Positions 18,340-28,216 of a stretch of DNA of 35,325 nt are shown piece by piece. Each line of letters starts with the position of its first letter. Positions within the stretch are counted from its first letter, which is position 1. The notes below the pieces were generated by a model. It did not search any database. It saw only the letters and a program-made list of their open reading frames with translations, and was not told the origin of the DNA. The translations under genes were made by a program, and so were the position numbers. The stretch lies in the NCBI GenBank assembly GCA_032128375.1, contig JAQBGU010000097.1:1-35325 (forward strand), given 5' to 3'. The stretch is from Deltaproteobacteria bacterium (lineage in GTDB: Bacteria > Myxococcota_A > UBA9160 > SMWR01).

Positions 18340-18972
18340 TCAAGGTAGCGACCCGACGATCGATGCGAGTTTTTCTGGGGTCAGTGCACCCCAGCGCAGC
18401 ACCTCGGGCGACGCGCCGGTTGCGTCGATCACCGCGCTTTCGGTGTCTCCTCCGGCCTCCGCGCCATCGATCTCGAGCAGCTTGGGAGCCGCGTCGCCGC
18501 TTCGGCAAGCTTCTCGCGCCTGCGCGAGGTTCAGGGCCGCTGGAGAACCACTGGTGTTCAGACTGGTGGCGGTGATCGGCCCGACGCCCTCGATCGCCAG
18601 ACGCCGCGCGATCGCGCCACACAGCGGGTGCGACGAACAGCGCACACCGACGGCACCGTCGTCTCTCGCAACTCCGCGCGCAAATTCGCTGCGGCAATGC
18701 AGAACCAGCGTCACTGGGCCGGGCCAAAACGCCGAAGCGAGGCGTTCGGCGATCGCCGTCACTTCGAACCCGAGTGCGGCGAGCTCAGCTGCATCGCTGA
18801 CCAGGATCGAAACCGGAGTCGACGCGTCGCGGCCTTTCCAACGCTGCAACGTTGCGATCGAGGCGCGCGACCGAGCGTCTGCGCCGAGACCCCAGACCGT
18901 CTCGGTCGGGTACGCGAGCAGACCCCCGTTGCGTACCCAGTCGACCGCTTCGCCGATCGGGTCGGGGATCAC
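18340..18972 (-). CDS. tsaC: L-threonylcarbamoyladenylate synthase (stand-alone YrdC/TsaC domain)
   Basis: GGLLAYPTETVWGLGAD, KGR, FWPGPVTLV, TATSLNTSG. GTG start overlaps the purD stop. Confidence 0.9.
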   Translation of the reverse strand: MIPDPIGEAVDWVRNGGLLAYPTETVWGLGADARSRASIATLQRWKGRDASTPVSILVSDAAELAALGFEVTAIAERLASAFWPGPVTLVLHCRSEFARGVARDDGAVGVRCSSHPLCGAIARRLAIEGVGPITATSLNTSGSPAALNLAQAREACRSGDAAPKLLEIDGAEAGGDTESAVIDATGASPEVLRWGALTPEKLASIVGSLP

Positions 18973-20249
18973 GAGCAGATCGCGCGGCCCGCGATATCGC
19001 GGCGAAACTGCACGCCATCGAACCGAACCCGATCCGCGACCTGGTAGGCACGCCCCGCTGCTTGTGCGATGTCCGCACCACGCGCGGTCACCGAAAGCAC
19101 GCGGCCGCCGGTCGTGACGAAGTGCCCGTCCTTTTTCCGGGTTCCCGCGTGAAACACGACGACATTCGGATCCTCGCCGGCCTCGTCGAGCCCGCTGATC
19201 TCGATGCCTGTCTGGTAGTCGCGCGGATAACCGCCGGACGCGAGCACCACGCACACCGACGCGCCGGTCCAGCGTTTGGGCGCGCGTTCGAGATCCAGCT
19301 TGCCGCAGGCCGCCCCGTACAGCAACGGAAACAGGTCGTCTTCCATTCGCATCACCAACGCCTGAATCTCAGGATCGCCAAAACGCACGTTGAACTCGAT
19401 CACATGCGGCGCACCGCTCGAATCCACCATCAACCCAACGTAGAGCACACCGCTAAACGGCTGGCCTTCGGCCGCCATCCCGCGAACCGTCGGCTCGACG
19501 ACCTGCTCGATAATGCGCCGCTCGACCGCGTCGGTCACCAGCGGAACCGGTGAATAGGCGCCCATGCCGCCGGTGTTTTCGCCTCGATCGCCATCGAGCG
19601 CGCGCTTGTGATCCTGTGCAGGAGCCAGCGTCACATAACGGTCGCCATCGACGATCGCGTAGTACGAGACCTCTTCGCCGATCAGCATTTCTTCGACGAC
19701 TACCGACGCCCCAGCATCCCCGAACCGACGTTCGGACATCGCTTCTGTGAGCGCGCGTTCGGCTTCGACTGTGGTTGCGCAGACCGTCACGCCCTTCCCC
19801 GCCGCGAGACCATCTGCCTTCACTACACACGGACCACCCAGTTCCCGGACATGGCCCAACGCGTCGTCGAGTTCCAAGAACTCTGCGAACGCCCCTGTCG
19901 GGATATTGTGTCGCGCCATAAAGCGTTTGGCGTAGGCTTTGCTCGACTCGAGCTGCGCCGCGGCCTGAGATGGGCCAAACACCACAATCCCAGCCTCGCG
20001 AAGCCGGTCTGTCAATCCTTCGGCGAGCGGGCCTTCGGGGCCGATCACGACGAGGCCGACAGCTTCCTCCCGACACAGCGCGATCAACCCAGCCGAGTCC
20101 GATTCGCCGATACCGGGAAAGCACTGCGCGACCGCCGCAATGGCGTCACTACCGGGTGCCACCAACACCGAGTCGACTTCGTCACTCTGGGCGAGTTTCC
20201 ATGCCAGCGCGTGTTCTCGCGCTCCTCCGCCGACGATCAAGGCTTTCAT
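18969..20249 (-). CDS. purD: Phosphoribosylamine--glycine ligase
   Basis: GGGAREHALAWKL, VIGPEGPL, VKADGLAAGKGV, QDHKR..DGDRGENTGGMGAYSP, EFNVRFGDPE. Confidence 0.97.
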   Translation of the reverse strand: MKALIVGGGAREHALAWKLAQSDEVDSVLVAPGSDAIAAVAQCFPGIGESDSAGLIALCREEAVGLVVIGPEGPLAEGLTDRLREAGIVVFGPSQAAAQLESSKAYAKRFMARHNIPTGAFAEFLELDDALGHVRELGGPCVVKADGLAAGKGVTVCATTVEAERALTEAMSERRFGDAGASVVVEEMLIGEEVSYYAIVDGDRYVTLAPAQDHKRALDGDRGENTGGMGAYSPVPLVTDAVERRIIEQVVEPTVRGMAAEGQPFSGVLYVGLMVDSSGAPHVIEFNVRFGDPEIQALVMRMEDDLFPLLYGAACGKLDLERAPKRWTGASVCVVLASGGYPRDYQTGIEISGLDEAGEDPNVVVFHAGTRKKDGHFVTTGGRVLSVTARGADIAQAAGRAYQVADRVRFDGVQFRRDIAGRAICS

Positions 20250-20305
20250 AGCTACCTCGGTGTGAGTCATGCCCGATTGGCCGCCCTTCAGGTGCAGATG
20301 CCTGA

Positions 20306-21877
20306 TCAGTGTCTGAAGTGTCGCACTCCTGTGACGACCATCGCGATGCCGAGCCGGTCGGCCGCGGCAACCACCTCATCATCTCGGACCGAACCGCCCG
20401 GCTGAACGACCGCCGTCGCACCCGCCGCGACGGCCGCTTCGAGGCCGTCAGGAAACGGAAAAAACGCATCGCTCGCAAGCGCCGATCCCGAGAGGTCGAG
20501 CCCCACCCGACCGGCCTTCGCGACGGCCTGGTGGATCGCGTCGACCCGCGACGTCGCACCCCCTCCCAGTGCCAACGTGCGATCCGCCAGGCCGAACACG
20601 ATCGAGTTGCTCTTCGCGTGCTTCGCCACCTTCCAATTGAACGCCAGGGCCCGCAACTCGTCTTCGGTCGGCTTGCGTTGCGTCGCCACCTGGCAGGCAG
20701 CGATGGACTCGAACGCGGCGTCTGGCTCCTGGAGCAGCATGCCGCCGTAGACACGCTTCCAATCGAGCTGCGTGCGATCGATCCGGTCACTGTGAAAACG
20801 CAGCAAGCGTCGGTTCTTTTTCTTCTTCAACAAGGCGAGCGCGTCATCACTGAAGCCCGGTGCGACCAACACCTCGGTGAAGATCTCGTCCACCGCCTCG
20901 GCGAGTTCGAGATCGAACGGCCGATTGCAAGCGATGATTCCACCAAATGGCGATTCGGGGTCGGTCTCGAACGCGCGCCGATAGGCGCTGGTCGGGTCGT
21001 CGGCACTTCCGACACCGCAAGGCGTGCTGTGCTTCAAGATCGCAACGGTCGCTTCGGCCTCGGCATCGAACTCGCCGATCAGCGCCAGCGCAGCCTGCAC
21101 GTCGACCACGTTGTTGTAGGACAGCTCTATTCCGTGTAGCGGCTCGGCGATCTGCAAGAAATTGCCGTAGAGCGCCGCGCGCTGGTGGGGGTTTTCGCCG
21201 TACCGAAGCAGTTTACTCAGCGGCATGTCGACGGATAGCGTCGACGGGAAGCCGCCCGCGTCGCCGGAGTCCCGAGAGGACTGCGCGGCCAGGTACGCGG
21301 AGATCGCAGCGTCGTAAGCCGCAGTTCGCTCGAATGCTTTCAACGCGAGTCGTGCGCGGGTCTCGCCGCACAGGCCGCCTTTGCGGAGTTCTTCCAGGAT
21401 GGCCGGGTAATCGGCGGGATCGGCCGCGACTGCGACGTAGGCCTGGTTCTTGGCCGCCGATCGCATCATTGAAGGGCCACCGATATCGATCTTCTCGATC
21501 GCGTCGGCCAAGCTGACGTCGGGGTTTGCGACAGTCTGCTCGAACGGGTAGAGGTTCACCGCGACGAGATCGATCGGTGCAATGTCGTTGTCGGCCATAT
21601 CGCGCCGATCTTGCTCGAGATCGCGTTGAGCGAGGATGCCGCCATGCACCTTGGGGTGCAGGGTCTTGACCCGCCCGCCCAGCATCTCTGGGCTCCCGGT
21701 CAGATCTGCCACCTCGACGACATCGAGTCCCGCGTTGCGTAGCGCATCGGCGGTCCCGCCAGAGGCGACCAGCTCGACGCCGAGGTCTGCGAGGCCCCGG
21801 CCGAACTCGACCAGCCCCGTTTTATCAAAAACAGAAAACAGCGCGCGCTTGACTGGGCGCATCGACGAGGGGGCCAT
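20306..21877 (-). CDS. purH: Bifunctional AICAR transformylase / IMP cyclohydrolase
   Basis: RALFSVFDKTG, GGRVKTLHP, IDIGGPSM, LRYGENPHQ, ASDAFFPFPDG, QPGGSVRD, RHFRH. Start is 21877 or 21862. Confidence 0.97.
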   Translation of the reverse strand: MAPSSMRPVKRALFSVFDKTGLVEFGRGLADLGVELVASGGTADALRNAGLDVVEVADLTGSPEMLGGRVKTLHPKVHGGILAQRDLEQDRRDMADNDIAPIDLVAVNLYPFEQTVANPDVSLADAIEKIDIGGPSMMRSAAKNQAYVAVAADPADYPAILEELRKGGLCGETRARLALKAFERTAAYDAAISAYLAAQSSRDSGDAGGFPSTLSVDMPLSKLLRYGENPHQRAALYGNFLQIAEPLHGIELSYNNVVDVQAALALIGEFDAEAEATVAILKHSTPCGVGSADDPTSAYRRAFETDPESPFGGIIACNRPFDLELAEAVDEIFTEVLVAPGFSDDALALLKKKKNRRLLRFHSDRIDRTQLDWKRVYGGMLLQEPDAAFESIAACQVATQRKPTEDELRALAFNWKVAKHAKSNSIVFGLADRTLALGGGATSRVDAIHQAVAKAGRVGLDLSGSALASDAFFPFPDGLEAAVAAGATAVVQPGGSVRDDEVVAAADRLGIAMVVTGVRHFRH

Positions 21878-22113
21878 CGTGCATTTCTCCGGGATGTAAA
21901 CCCGGACCATTCATGCAGGTGCTACCGCGGTCGCACCTTCGATGAATAATCTATGAATCATCCGAGCTAGTGGTGAGAACTTGCGGCCGCAGGTTTACCG
22001 AGACGATTGTTCGAAGTCAACGACTTGGCAACGCCGTACTCAAACACCGTCTCGAAGCCGCCGATCGGCGACCACGCCGTGTGACGCGGCGAGAGCCAAC
22101 TCATCAGAACGGC

Positions 22114-23271
22114 TCATTCGCGGTAGTGCCGAACCACTCGCTGGCCGACGCGCACCAGCAATTCGTAGGCGATCGTATGGGCAGCTTGTGCGGCTTGCTC
22201 CGCCGAAATGGAGTCTTTCTCGTCGGGTGCGCGCGATGCGCCGAACAGAATCGCTTCGTCTCCGATCTCGACCGGGACGCTGCCGACATCGACCCCGAGG
22301 TAGTCCATCGACACCCGGCCCGTGATCGGCAGACGCGTGCCCCGGATGATCACCGCGCCGCGTCCGCCCGATGAGATCGGCACGCCGTCTTCGTAGCCGA
22401 CTGCGAGTGTGGCGATTTGGGTATCTTTCGAGGCGCGAAACTCAGCCGAGTAGCCGACCGATTCGCCCGCGCGGACCGATCGCAGCGCCACCACGCGAGT
22501 GCTCAGTGTCATGGCGGGGCGCAGGTCGGCGCCCAGGTGGGATGCGGGCGAGACGCCGTACAACATCAGCCCGGGGCGGGTCGCCGTTTGTTCCGGCATC
22601 GCGTTCCAGATCGGTTCGCCAGCCAGGATCCCCGCGGAATTGGCCGCGTGAATGCAGCGCAGTTCGACGCCGGCCGAAGCGACGACGCGGCGAAACCTCG
22701 CCAGTTGCTCGAGCGAAGGCCCAAGATCGACTTCGTCGGCCCGCGCAAAATGCGTATAGGCTCCCTCGAGCGTCAACGCCGGCTCCGCCACGACGGCAGC
22801 CAGCAGTTGTGCGGCGTGTTCAGCTGCCACCCCCATGCGGCGCATGCCGGTATCGATCTCTACCTGGACCGGCAGCGGGGCCGCACGACCGCGCGCGGCC
22901 GCCGCAAGCCATTCGAAATGCTCGAAATGGTGGATCACCGGTACGAGTTCCCTCGCCACCGCGGCTCGAGCCTCTTCGCTGCCCCAGACACCACCCAGCA
23001 CGAGAATCGGCGCGCGAACGCCCGAATCTCGCAACGTCTCGGCTTCTGGAACCGTGGCCACGGCGAAGCGACTGCAGCCGGCCTGTGTCAGGGCCTGCGC
23101 GACACGAACGGCGCCGTGACCGTACGCGTCGGCCTTGATGACGGCAATCGGGTCTCGTCCCGAAGACTGCCTTTGCGCAACCGCGAAATTGGCGCGGATC
23201 GCCGATAGGTGAATCGTCGCGATGGTGGGCCGCTCGACCACGCCGGATCCTCCTGGGCTGCCCGCGTCCAT
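22114..23271 (-). CDS. alr: Alanine racemase
   Basis: AVIKADAYGHG (PLP lysine), IDTGMRRMG, HAANS, RPGLMLYG, VGYS, GRVSMD, TIAYE. Confidence 0.96.
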   Translation of the reverse strand: MDAGSPGGSGVVERPTIATIHLSAIRANFAVAQRQSSGRDPIAVIKADAYGHGAVRVAQALTQAGCSRFAVATVPEAETLRDSGVRAPILVLGGVWGSEEARAAVARELVPVIHHFEHFEWLAAAARGRAAPLPVQVEIDTGMRRMGVAAEHAAQLLAAVVAEPALTLEGAYTHFARADEVDLGPSLEQLARFRRVVASAGVELRCIHAANSAGILAGEPIWNAMPEQTATRPGLMLYGVSPASHLGADLRPAMTLSTRVVALRSVRAGESVGYSAEFRASKDTQIATLAVGYEDGVPISSGGRGAVIIRGTRLPITGRVSMDYLGVDVGSVPVEIGDEAILFGASRAPDEKDSISAEQAAQAAHTIAYELLVRVGQRVVRHYRE

Positions 23272-23402
23272 GGGGACGCCGATTAGCGGTAGCCTATCGA
23301 ATCGCGGCCCCCGTCCGTCAATCGATCGTCTCTCATTGTCCCCGGTGCTGGCTCGCCAAAAGCGAACGCGATAGCTTCGCGGACACAAACCGACGGGGTG
23401 CC

Positions 23403-23618
23403 GTGGACGACCGAAAACTATCCCTACATGTCAACGGAGACCCGCGAGACCTACCGACCGGGTGCACGGTGGCGCGGCTGATCGATGTACTCGAATTGAG
23501 CGATCGCCGCGTCGCGGTCGCCATCAATCGCGACGTGATCCCGCGTTCCCGTTTCGCGACGCACTGTCTGCAACCGGACGATCACGTCGAGATCCTGGAA
23601 GCGGTTGGAGGAGGTTGA
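23403..23618 (+). CDS. thiS: Sulfur carrier protein ThiS
   Basis: [25 protein letters not shown]-terminus. Confidence 0.93.
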   Translation: MDDRKLSLHVNGDPRDLPTGCTVARLIDVLELSDRRVAVAINRDVIPRSRFATHCLQPDDHVEILEAVGGG

Positions 23619-23623
23619 AAAAC

Positions 23624-24403
23624 GTGTCCGACGAAACCTATTCACTCGGTAGCCACACATTCCGCTCGCGATTGATCATCGGCTCCGGCAAATACGAGTC
23701 GTTCGAACAAAACCTCGCCGCCGCCGAGGCGAGTGGCGCCGAAATGGTGACCGTCGCACTGCGCCGTACCAAACTCGACGCACCGAAAGGCCAGGGTCTG
23801 CTCGACTTCATCTCGCCGGACCGGTTCGCGATCCTACCGAACACCGCAGGCTGCTACACAGCAGGGGACGCGATCAGCACCGCGCGCCTGGCCAGAGAGT
23901 TGCTGGACACGGACCTGATCAAGTTGGAAGTGATCGGAGACAAGCGAACGCTATTCCCGGACGTTGCCGCGACGATCGAGGCCGCACGCGTGTTAGTCGA
24001 CGAGGGATTCACCGTATTGCCGTACGTGACCGACGACCCCGTAGCCTGCCAACGATTGGCCGCGCTCGGATGCGCCGCCGTGATGCCACTCGCGGCCCCG
24101 ATCGGCTCCGGCATGGGAATCTGCAATCCGGCGAACCTGCGCATCATCATCGAAACGGTCGAAGTCCCGGTGATCGTCGATGCCGGTGTCGGCACGGCGA
24201 GTGATGCTGCCATTGCAATGGAACTCGGTGCGACGGCCGTATTGATGAACACCGGCATTGCCGCAGCGAAGGATCCCATCAAGATGGCGCGGGCGATGCG
24301 CCTGGGAATCCAGGCGGGGCGCCTCGCCTATGAGTCGGGCCGGATGGAGCGACGGCTGTACGCATCGGCATCGAGCCCGCTGGATGGAACCGCGGCCTTC
24401 TAG
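23624..24403 (+). CDS. thiG: Thiazole synthase
   Basis: [56 protein letters not shown] start at 23624. Confidence 0.96.
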   Translation: MSDETYSLGSHTFRSRLIIGSGKYESFEQNLAAAEASGAEMVTVALRRTKLDAPKGQGLLDFISPDRFAILPNTAGCYTAGDAISTARLARELLDTDLIKLEVIGDKRTLFPDVAATIEAARVLVDEGFTVLPYVTDDPVACQRLAALGCAAVMPLAAPIGSGMGICNPANLRIIIETVEVPVIVDAGVGTASDAAIAMELGATAVLMNTGIAAAKDPIKMARAMRLGIQAGRLAYESGRMERRLYASASSPLDGTAAF

Positions 24404-24491
24404 ACAGCCGGTCGGGGTGCAGCAAGCAGCGCTTGCGAGTCGCGAAGCGTTGATTCCGTTCCAGTATTCGAAGTAGGCGCAGTAGGCGCCC

Positions 24492-27400
24492 TTAGTCGTG
24501 GCTGATCAGAATGCCCTCGAGGATGATTGCCGTTGCGATTCCGGGCGAAAAGGGGCTGGGCGGCCCCAGGATCACGCTTACCAGGATCACTTCTCCGGTG
24601 TCCTCATCGTGAGGCTCGCCGGTCACCATGAATGGACCGAGGGACTGGGTACCCGTCGTCAAATTGAACACATGTGGGAGCTGCACGTTCAGAAATTCGA
24701 GGTTGACCAGCACGTTTTCGATCAAGATTTCACCGGTCTCGTGGTCGATGCTGCCCTCGAAGAGGCGATCTGCGAACTGCACGGATGCCGGGCCCGCCGG
24801 CGTCATGAAGTCGAGTATGGGTATGGAGGCCCCATCGAGTTGGATGACACCGTCATCCTCGGCGATGTTCACCGCGATCACCAGACCCTCCGCCGCGACT
24901 GGAAGCGTAAAGCCTACACTCAGAAGATCTAGCGTGAAGCCCGTTGGAAAACGCCCCAGAGACCGGATGGCAAAGGAGCCCGGCTCGCCCACGGGAAGCG
25001 GCGGTGGCCCCGTGTCTGGGAACTCGGGCGGTTCGGGAAGCTCGGGCGGAATGGACGGCGGCAGCGTCGCAGCGGGCGCACCGGCCGCTATGAATTGGGA
25101 AACCGCTCCGTGCGGAGCCGACAGGAACGCCACGAGATCGTCGAGCTGAGCGGCACTCAAGTGCGACGTCACTCCATGCTGATCATCGATGTTGCGCCCC
25201 GTGTTGTTGCCCGCACATTCCTCGAGCTTTGGGTTACAGCATGCTTCTTCGCCCGAGTTACAGGAGCGGACCACGTCGCGGAGCGCCAGAGCGCTGCCGT
25301 CGTGGAGATACGGGGGCGTGAGCCAGACGTCTACCAGAGTCGGGGTGAGATACGCACGCAGCGGAGCGCGCGACGCCGGCATGATGATGTCGTCGGGATC
25401 GGCGAGATTGGGGCGATTGTGGAAAACATCGTCGGCGACCGCCACGACTTGGGGATCGGTTTCGTCGAACAGATTGGCCGTCCCGACATCGTGGCGCAGG
25501 AATGGGTTGTTGCGCGCATCGGCGGTCCGGCTCGGATCGAACAGCGGGTTCTGCTGCGCCTTGTTGGTGAATTGCTCATTGCTCGACGACGGCCCGCGGT
25601 GGCAGCCGGCGCATCCGACAACCGAATCGTTGAAGAGTTCGCGGCCACGTTCTGCCGCAACATCGATCGGCGTACCATCGTCGCGGAGGTTCGGATTGCG
25701 GACGAAATCAGAGACAGAGTACACATAGTCGGCCAGATGATTGAGGCGTGGCCCGAGCCCGCGATTGAGTGAGGCCAGGTCGGCGTGGACGTCGACGGGC
25801 ACGAGCGTGCTGTTGCGCATGATCAGGCCGCCGTAACATTTCTCGAGCAGGTCTTCGGACCCCTCGCAATCTCCGGAGCCCATCAGTGAGCGGACCGTAT
25901 TTTCGAAATCCTCCACTTCATCGCGGTCACCATTCCAGTGCACGGTTCCCATCGGGTTGAAGAAAGCACCGGGGCTCGCCGCCACGGCTGGATTCCAGCT
26001 CGGAATGAATCTCGGGTCGGCGATGCAAGTGCCAAGCGGCACGGCGACGCCGCAGTCGGAGTCCGCGACGCACTGCAGGCGAGAATCGTTGCCACAGGTA
26101 CCCGGCGCAAAGGATGCTCGACCGAGAAGCGACATGGTGTTTCGCAGGCTCGCGCCGAACTGCGAGAAGTCCCAGGTGCGACCGTCGAAGCCCGCGTCGG
26201 GGTGGCAGCCGCTGCAGGAGAAATAGGTCCCATCGTGCGAGGTGCTCACGACCTCGCCCGGCGGCTCGAGAACATCGGGGCTGTCCAGGTTCTCCGGCGG
26301 CAGCGGGTCTCCGAGGCCAAAATCGTTCGCGACGCTGGCGTCTCGTGCGGCAGTGTTGAACAGGATCTTCCCGTCGAGGACTTCCGGTGATAGTGGATCC
26401 CGGGTCGTGCTGGCAATGACGGCCTCGATGACGACCCGGCACTTGCCAGATTCGCAATCAGCGTTCTGCTGGCAGCTGATGCTCGGATTCCCCTCGCAGA
26501 CGAACTCGTTCGCATTGATCACCGTAACATTGCGCGACAGGAAATTCGCGGTGTAGACGTGACCACCATCGGGAGAGACTGCGAGCCCGATGGGCGTCGT
26601 TCCGACTCCGTCTGGGATCGCGCGATCGAGGAAGGGATCGAGCCCGGTCCGGGCCGTGCTGCCATCGGCGAACTGGGGAACGTCAGCGGGTTCCAACTCG
26701 ACCGAGGGGGGTAGAAAGTGGTCGAAAGCCGTCTCCCGGAGCGCATCGTTGAACACGCCGTTACAGCTCCCCGGCGCTTGCGCAGAGTCGGAGCCAAACA
26801 TGCTGAAGCTGGGCCCCCCGGCGAACTTTCTCGCGGGGTTGAACACGCCGAAGAAGTTGAAGGGCTGGTCGGTGAGGTAGCCGGTCTCGCCATCTGGGCT
26901 GAAGCCGATACCGGAGACCAGGCCGCCATCGTCGACGTCGATGTATTCGACGCTGCCGGTTGCGAGGTCGACCCGAACCATGATCGATCGAATGATGTCG
27001 TGGAAGGAGGCCTTGAATATATTTCGCGAGCGCCCGGCGAAGTTGTCGCTGGGGAAGGGCTGACCGCCCATCGCCGAACTCCGCGAGAGCAGGCCTTTGC
27101 CGATATTGTTGGACCGTTGGCATCCGAGCCACGCGTAGTTGCCCAGCTGTCCGGGTGCGCCGGCTGGCGGAAGCGTGACGGTCGAGCACAGATTGGTGAC
27201 GCCCTGGCCGGAGGCGTCGGTTTCGCAGGTTTCGAAGTCGGGCGGCAGTTTGATCGTGCGCAACACCTTGCGAGCTACGACGTCGATCTCGGTGAGGGTG
27301 GAGCTGTTGGAAGGCTCGAAGGTAATGAAGTGGCTCAGGTAGGCGCGGTCGCCGGCTGCGTTGACGGCAATCCCTCGGGGTGAGGGCGGAACGGAGATCA

Positions 27401-27899
27401 CTTGCTCGACTTCGAGGGAGTTGGGATCGACGAAGGCGAGCTGGTTGGATCGCTCGAGCGTAACGAGCAGGATCTCCCCGTGGGTCGGAATGACAACCCC
27501 ATAGGGAGCCGACCCGCGAGAGAACTCGACGCTTCGGGTGGCGCGGCCGGCGCGCCTGGCGCGGCCCCGGTCGGCAATGATGCGAGAGACGCTGTCAGAG
27601 TCCTGGTTGGCGACGTAGACCGTAGGGGGCCCTGGCAGCGGGCCGAGCGTCAGCGTGCGAGGGTTGTCGCCGACCTTGACCTCACCGACGAGTTCGCCGC
27701 TGGCAGTGTCGATTTTGCCCACGGTGTCCGAATCGGGGTTCACGACCCAGACCGTCGATCCATCGGCGCTGACAGCGATCGGGCTGCTCGAAACCGGGAA
27801 ACCGGTGAGCACAGCGTCCCCCTCGCCGCATGCCAGCAGCAACCCTGACCCGACGAGGCCCAGCATGGAGAGTGCCCATTGCGACGTTCGCTTCTTCAT
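24492..27899 (-). CDS. Large lipoprotein: YVTN-type beta-propeller fused to a diheme cytochrome c peroxidase-like domain, Pro-rich linker and unknown C-terminal domain
   Basis: MKKR...LLLAC lipobox. Propeller repeats (VSADGSTVWVVNPDSDTV, VYVANQDSDSV, VSPDGGHVYTANFLS). CSGCH (26202-26216), CAGCH (25599-25613), TPTL...PPYLHDGS. Confidence 0.85.
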   Translation of the reverse strand: MKKRTSQWALSMLGLVGSGLLLACGEGDAVLTGFPVSSSPIAVSADGSTVWVVNPDSDTVGKIDTASGELVGEVKVGDNPRTLTLGPLPGPPTVYVANQDSDSVSRIIADRGRARRAGRATRSVEFSRGSAPYGVVIPTHGEILLVTLERSNQLAFVDPNSLEVEQVISVPPSPRGIAVNAAGDRAYLSHFITFEPSNSSTLTEIDVVARKVLRTIKLPPDFETCETDASGQGVTNLCSTVTLPPAGAPGQLGNYAWLGCQRSNNIGKGLLSRSSAMGGQPFPSDNFAGRSRNIFKASFHDIIRSIMVRVDLATGSVEYIDVDDGGLVSGIGFSPDGETGYLTDQPFNFFGVFNPARKFAGGPSFSMFGSDSAQAPGSCNGVFNDALRETAFDHFLPPSVELEPADVPQFADGSTARTGLDPFLDRAIPDGVGTTPIGLAVSPDGGHVYTANFLSRNVTVINANEFVCEGNPSISCQQNADCESGKCRVVIEAVIASTTRDPLSPEVLDGKILFNTAARDASVANDFGLGDPLPPENLDSPDVLEPPGEVVSTSHDGTYFSCSGCHPDAGFDGRTWDFSQFGASLRNTMSLLGRASFAPGTCGNDSRLQCVADSDCGVAVPLGTCIADPRFIPSWNPAVAASPGAFFNPMGTVHWNGDRDEVEDFENTVRSLMGSGDCEGSEDLLEKCYGGLIMRNSTLVPVDVHADLASLNRGLGPRLNHLADYVYSVSDFVRNPNLRDDGTPIDVAAERGRELFNDSVVGCAGCHRGPSSSNEQFTNKAQQNPLFDPSRTADARNNPFLRHDVGTANLFDETDPQVVAVADDVFHNRPNLADPDDIIMPASRAPLRAYLTPTLVDVWLTPPYLHDGSALALRDVVRSCNSGEEACCNPKLEECAGNNTGRNIDDQHGVTSHLSAAQLDDLVAFLSAPHGAVSQFIAAGAPAATLPPSIPPELPEPPEFPDTGPPPLPVGEPGSFAIRSLGRFPTGFTLDLLSVGFTLPVAAEGLVIAVNIAEDDGVIQLDGASIPILDFMTPAGPASVQFADRLFEGSIDHETGEILIENVLVNLEFLNVQLPHVFNLTTGTQSLGPFMVTGEPHDEDTGEVILVSVILGPPSPFSPGIATAIILEGILISHD

Positions 27900-27935
27900 G
27901 ACTTGCCTCGTCAGGACCCACGGCTGCGTGTAGGC

Positions 27936-27992
27936 TTGTGGAGTCCCTCCACAAACGCGATCAGAATGCTCCCGTCGGAGAACCGGTGTCAA
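27936..27992 (-). promoter_or_regulatory. Putative sigma70 promoter with a perfect 8-bp inverted repeat near the predicted start site
   Basis: Minus strand: TTGACA (27992-27987), 18-bp spacer, CATTCT (27968-27963). Inverted repeat TTGTGGAG-N3-CTCCACAA at 27936-27954. Confidence 0.55.
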
Positions 27993-28216
27993 GCCCGCAT
28001 CGACTTCGCGCTCGAAATGCGACGACCAGATTCTCCTGATGAGATCCCGATCGTACGCGTGGACACGACGGTGCACACGCGTGGCAGGGCGCCATATCGA
28101 ACCGGCTGAGTTCCGCCGCCCAGCCCGATGATGACGATCGGTCCGCGCTTGCGCGCCATGGCGGCGGCGAGCACTCCCCAACCACTCGCTTCGTGGGGTG
28201 AGATTTCTGGGATCGA

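Noticed and set aside
21880..22113. ZMP/ZTP riboswitch upstream of purH
   Set aside because: The conserved UGACUGGCG and CGCCUGGG elements were not found on the minus strand.
23272..23402. TPP riboswitch upstream of thiS-thiG
   Set aside because: GGGGTGC is present but lies immediately before the start codon, and no CTGAGA core is present.
27900..28181. 94-aa N-terminal extension of the 1229-aa ORF
   Set aside because: A lipoprotein signal starts at ATG 27899 and a promoter-like sequence lies within the extension.
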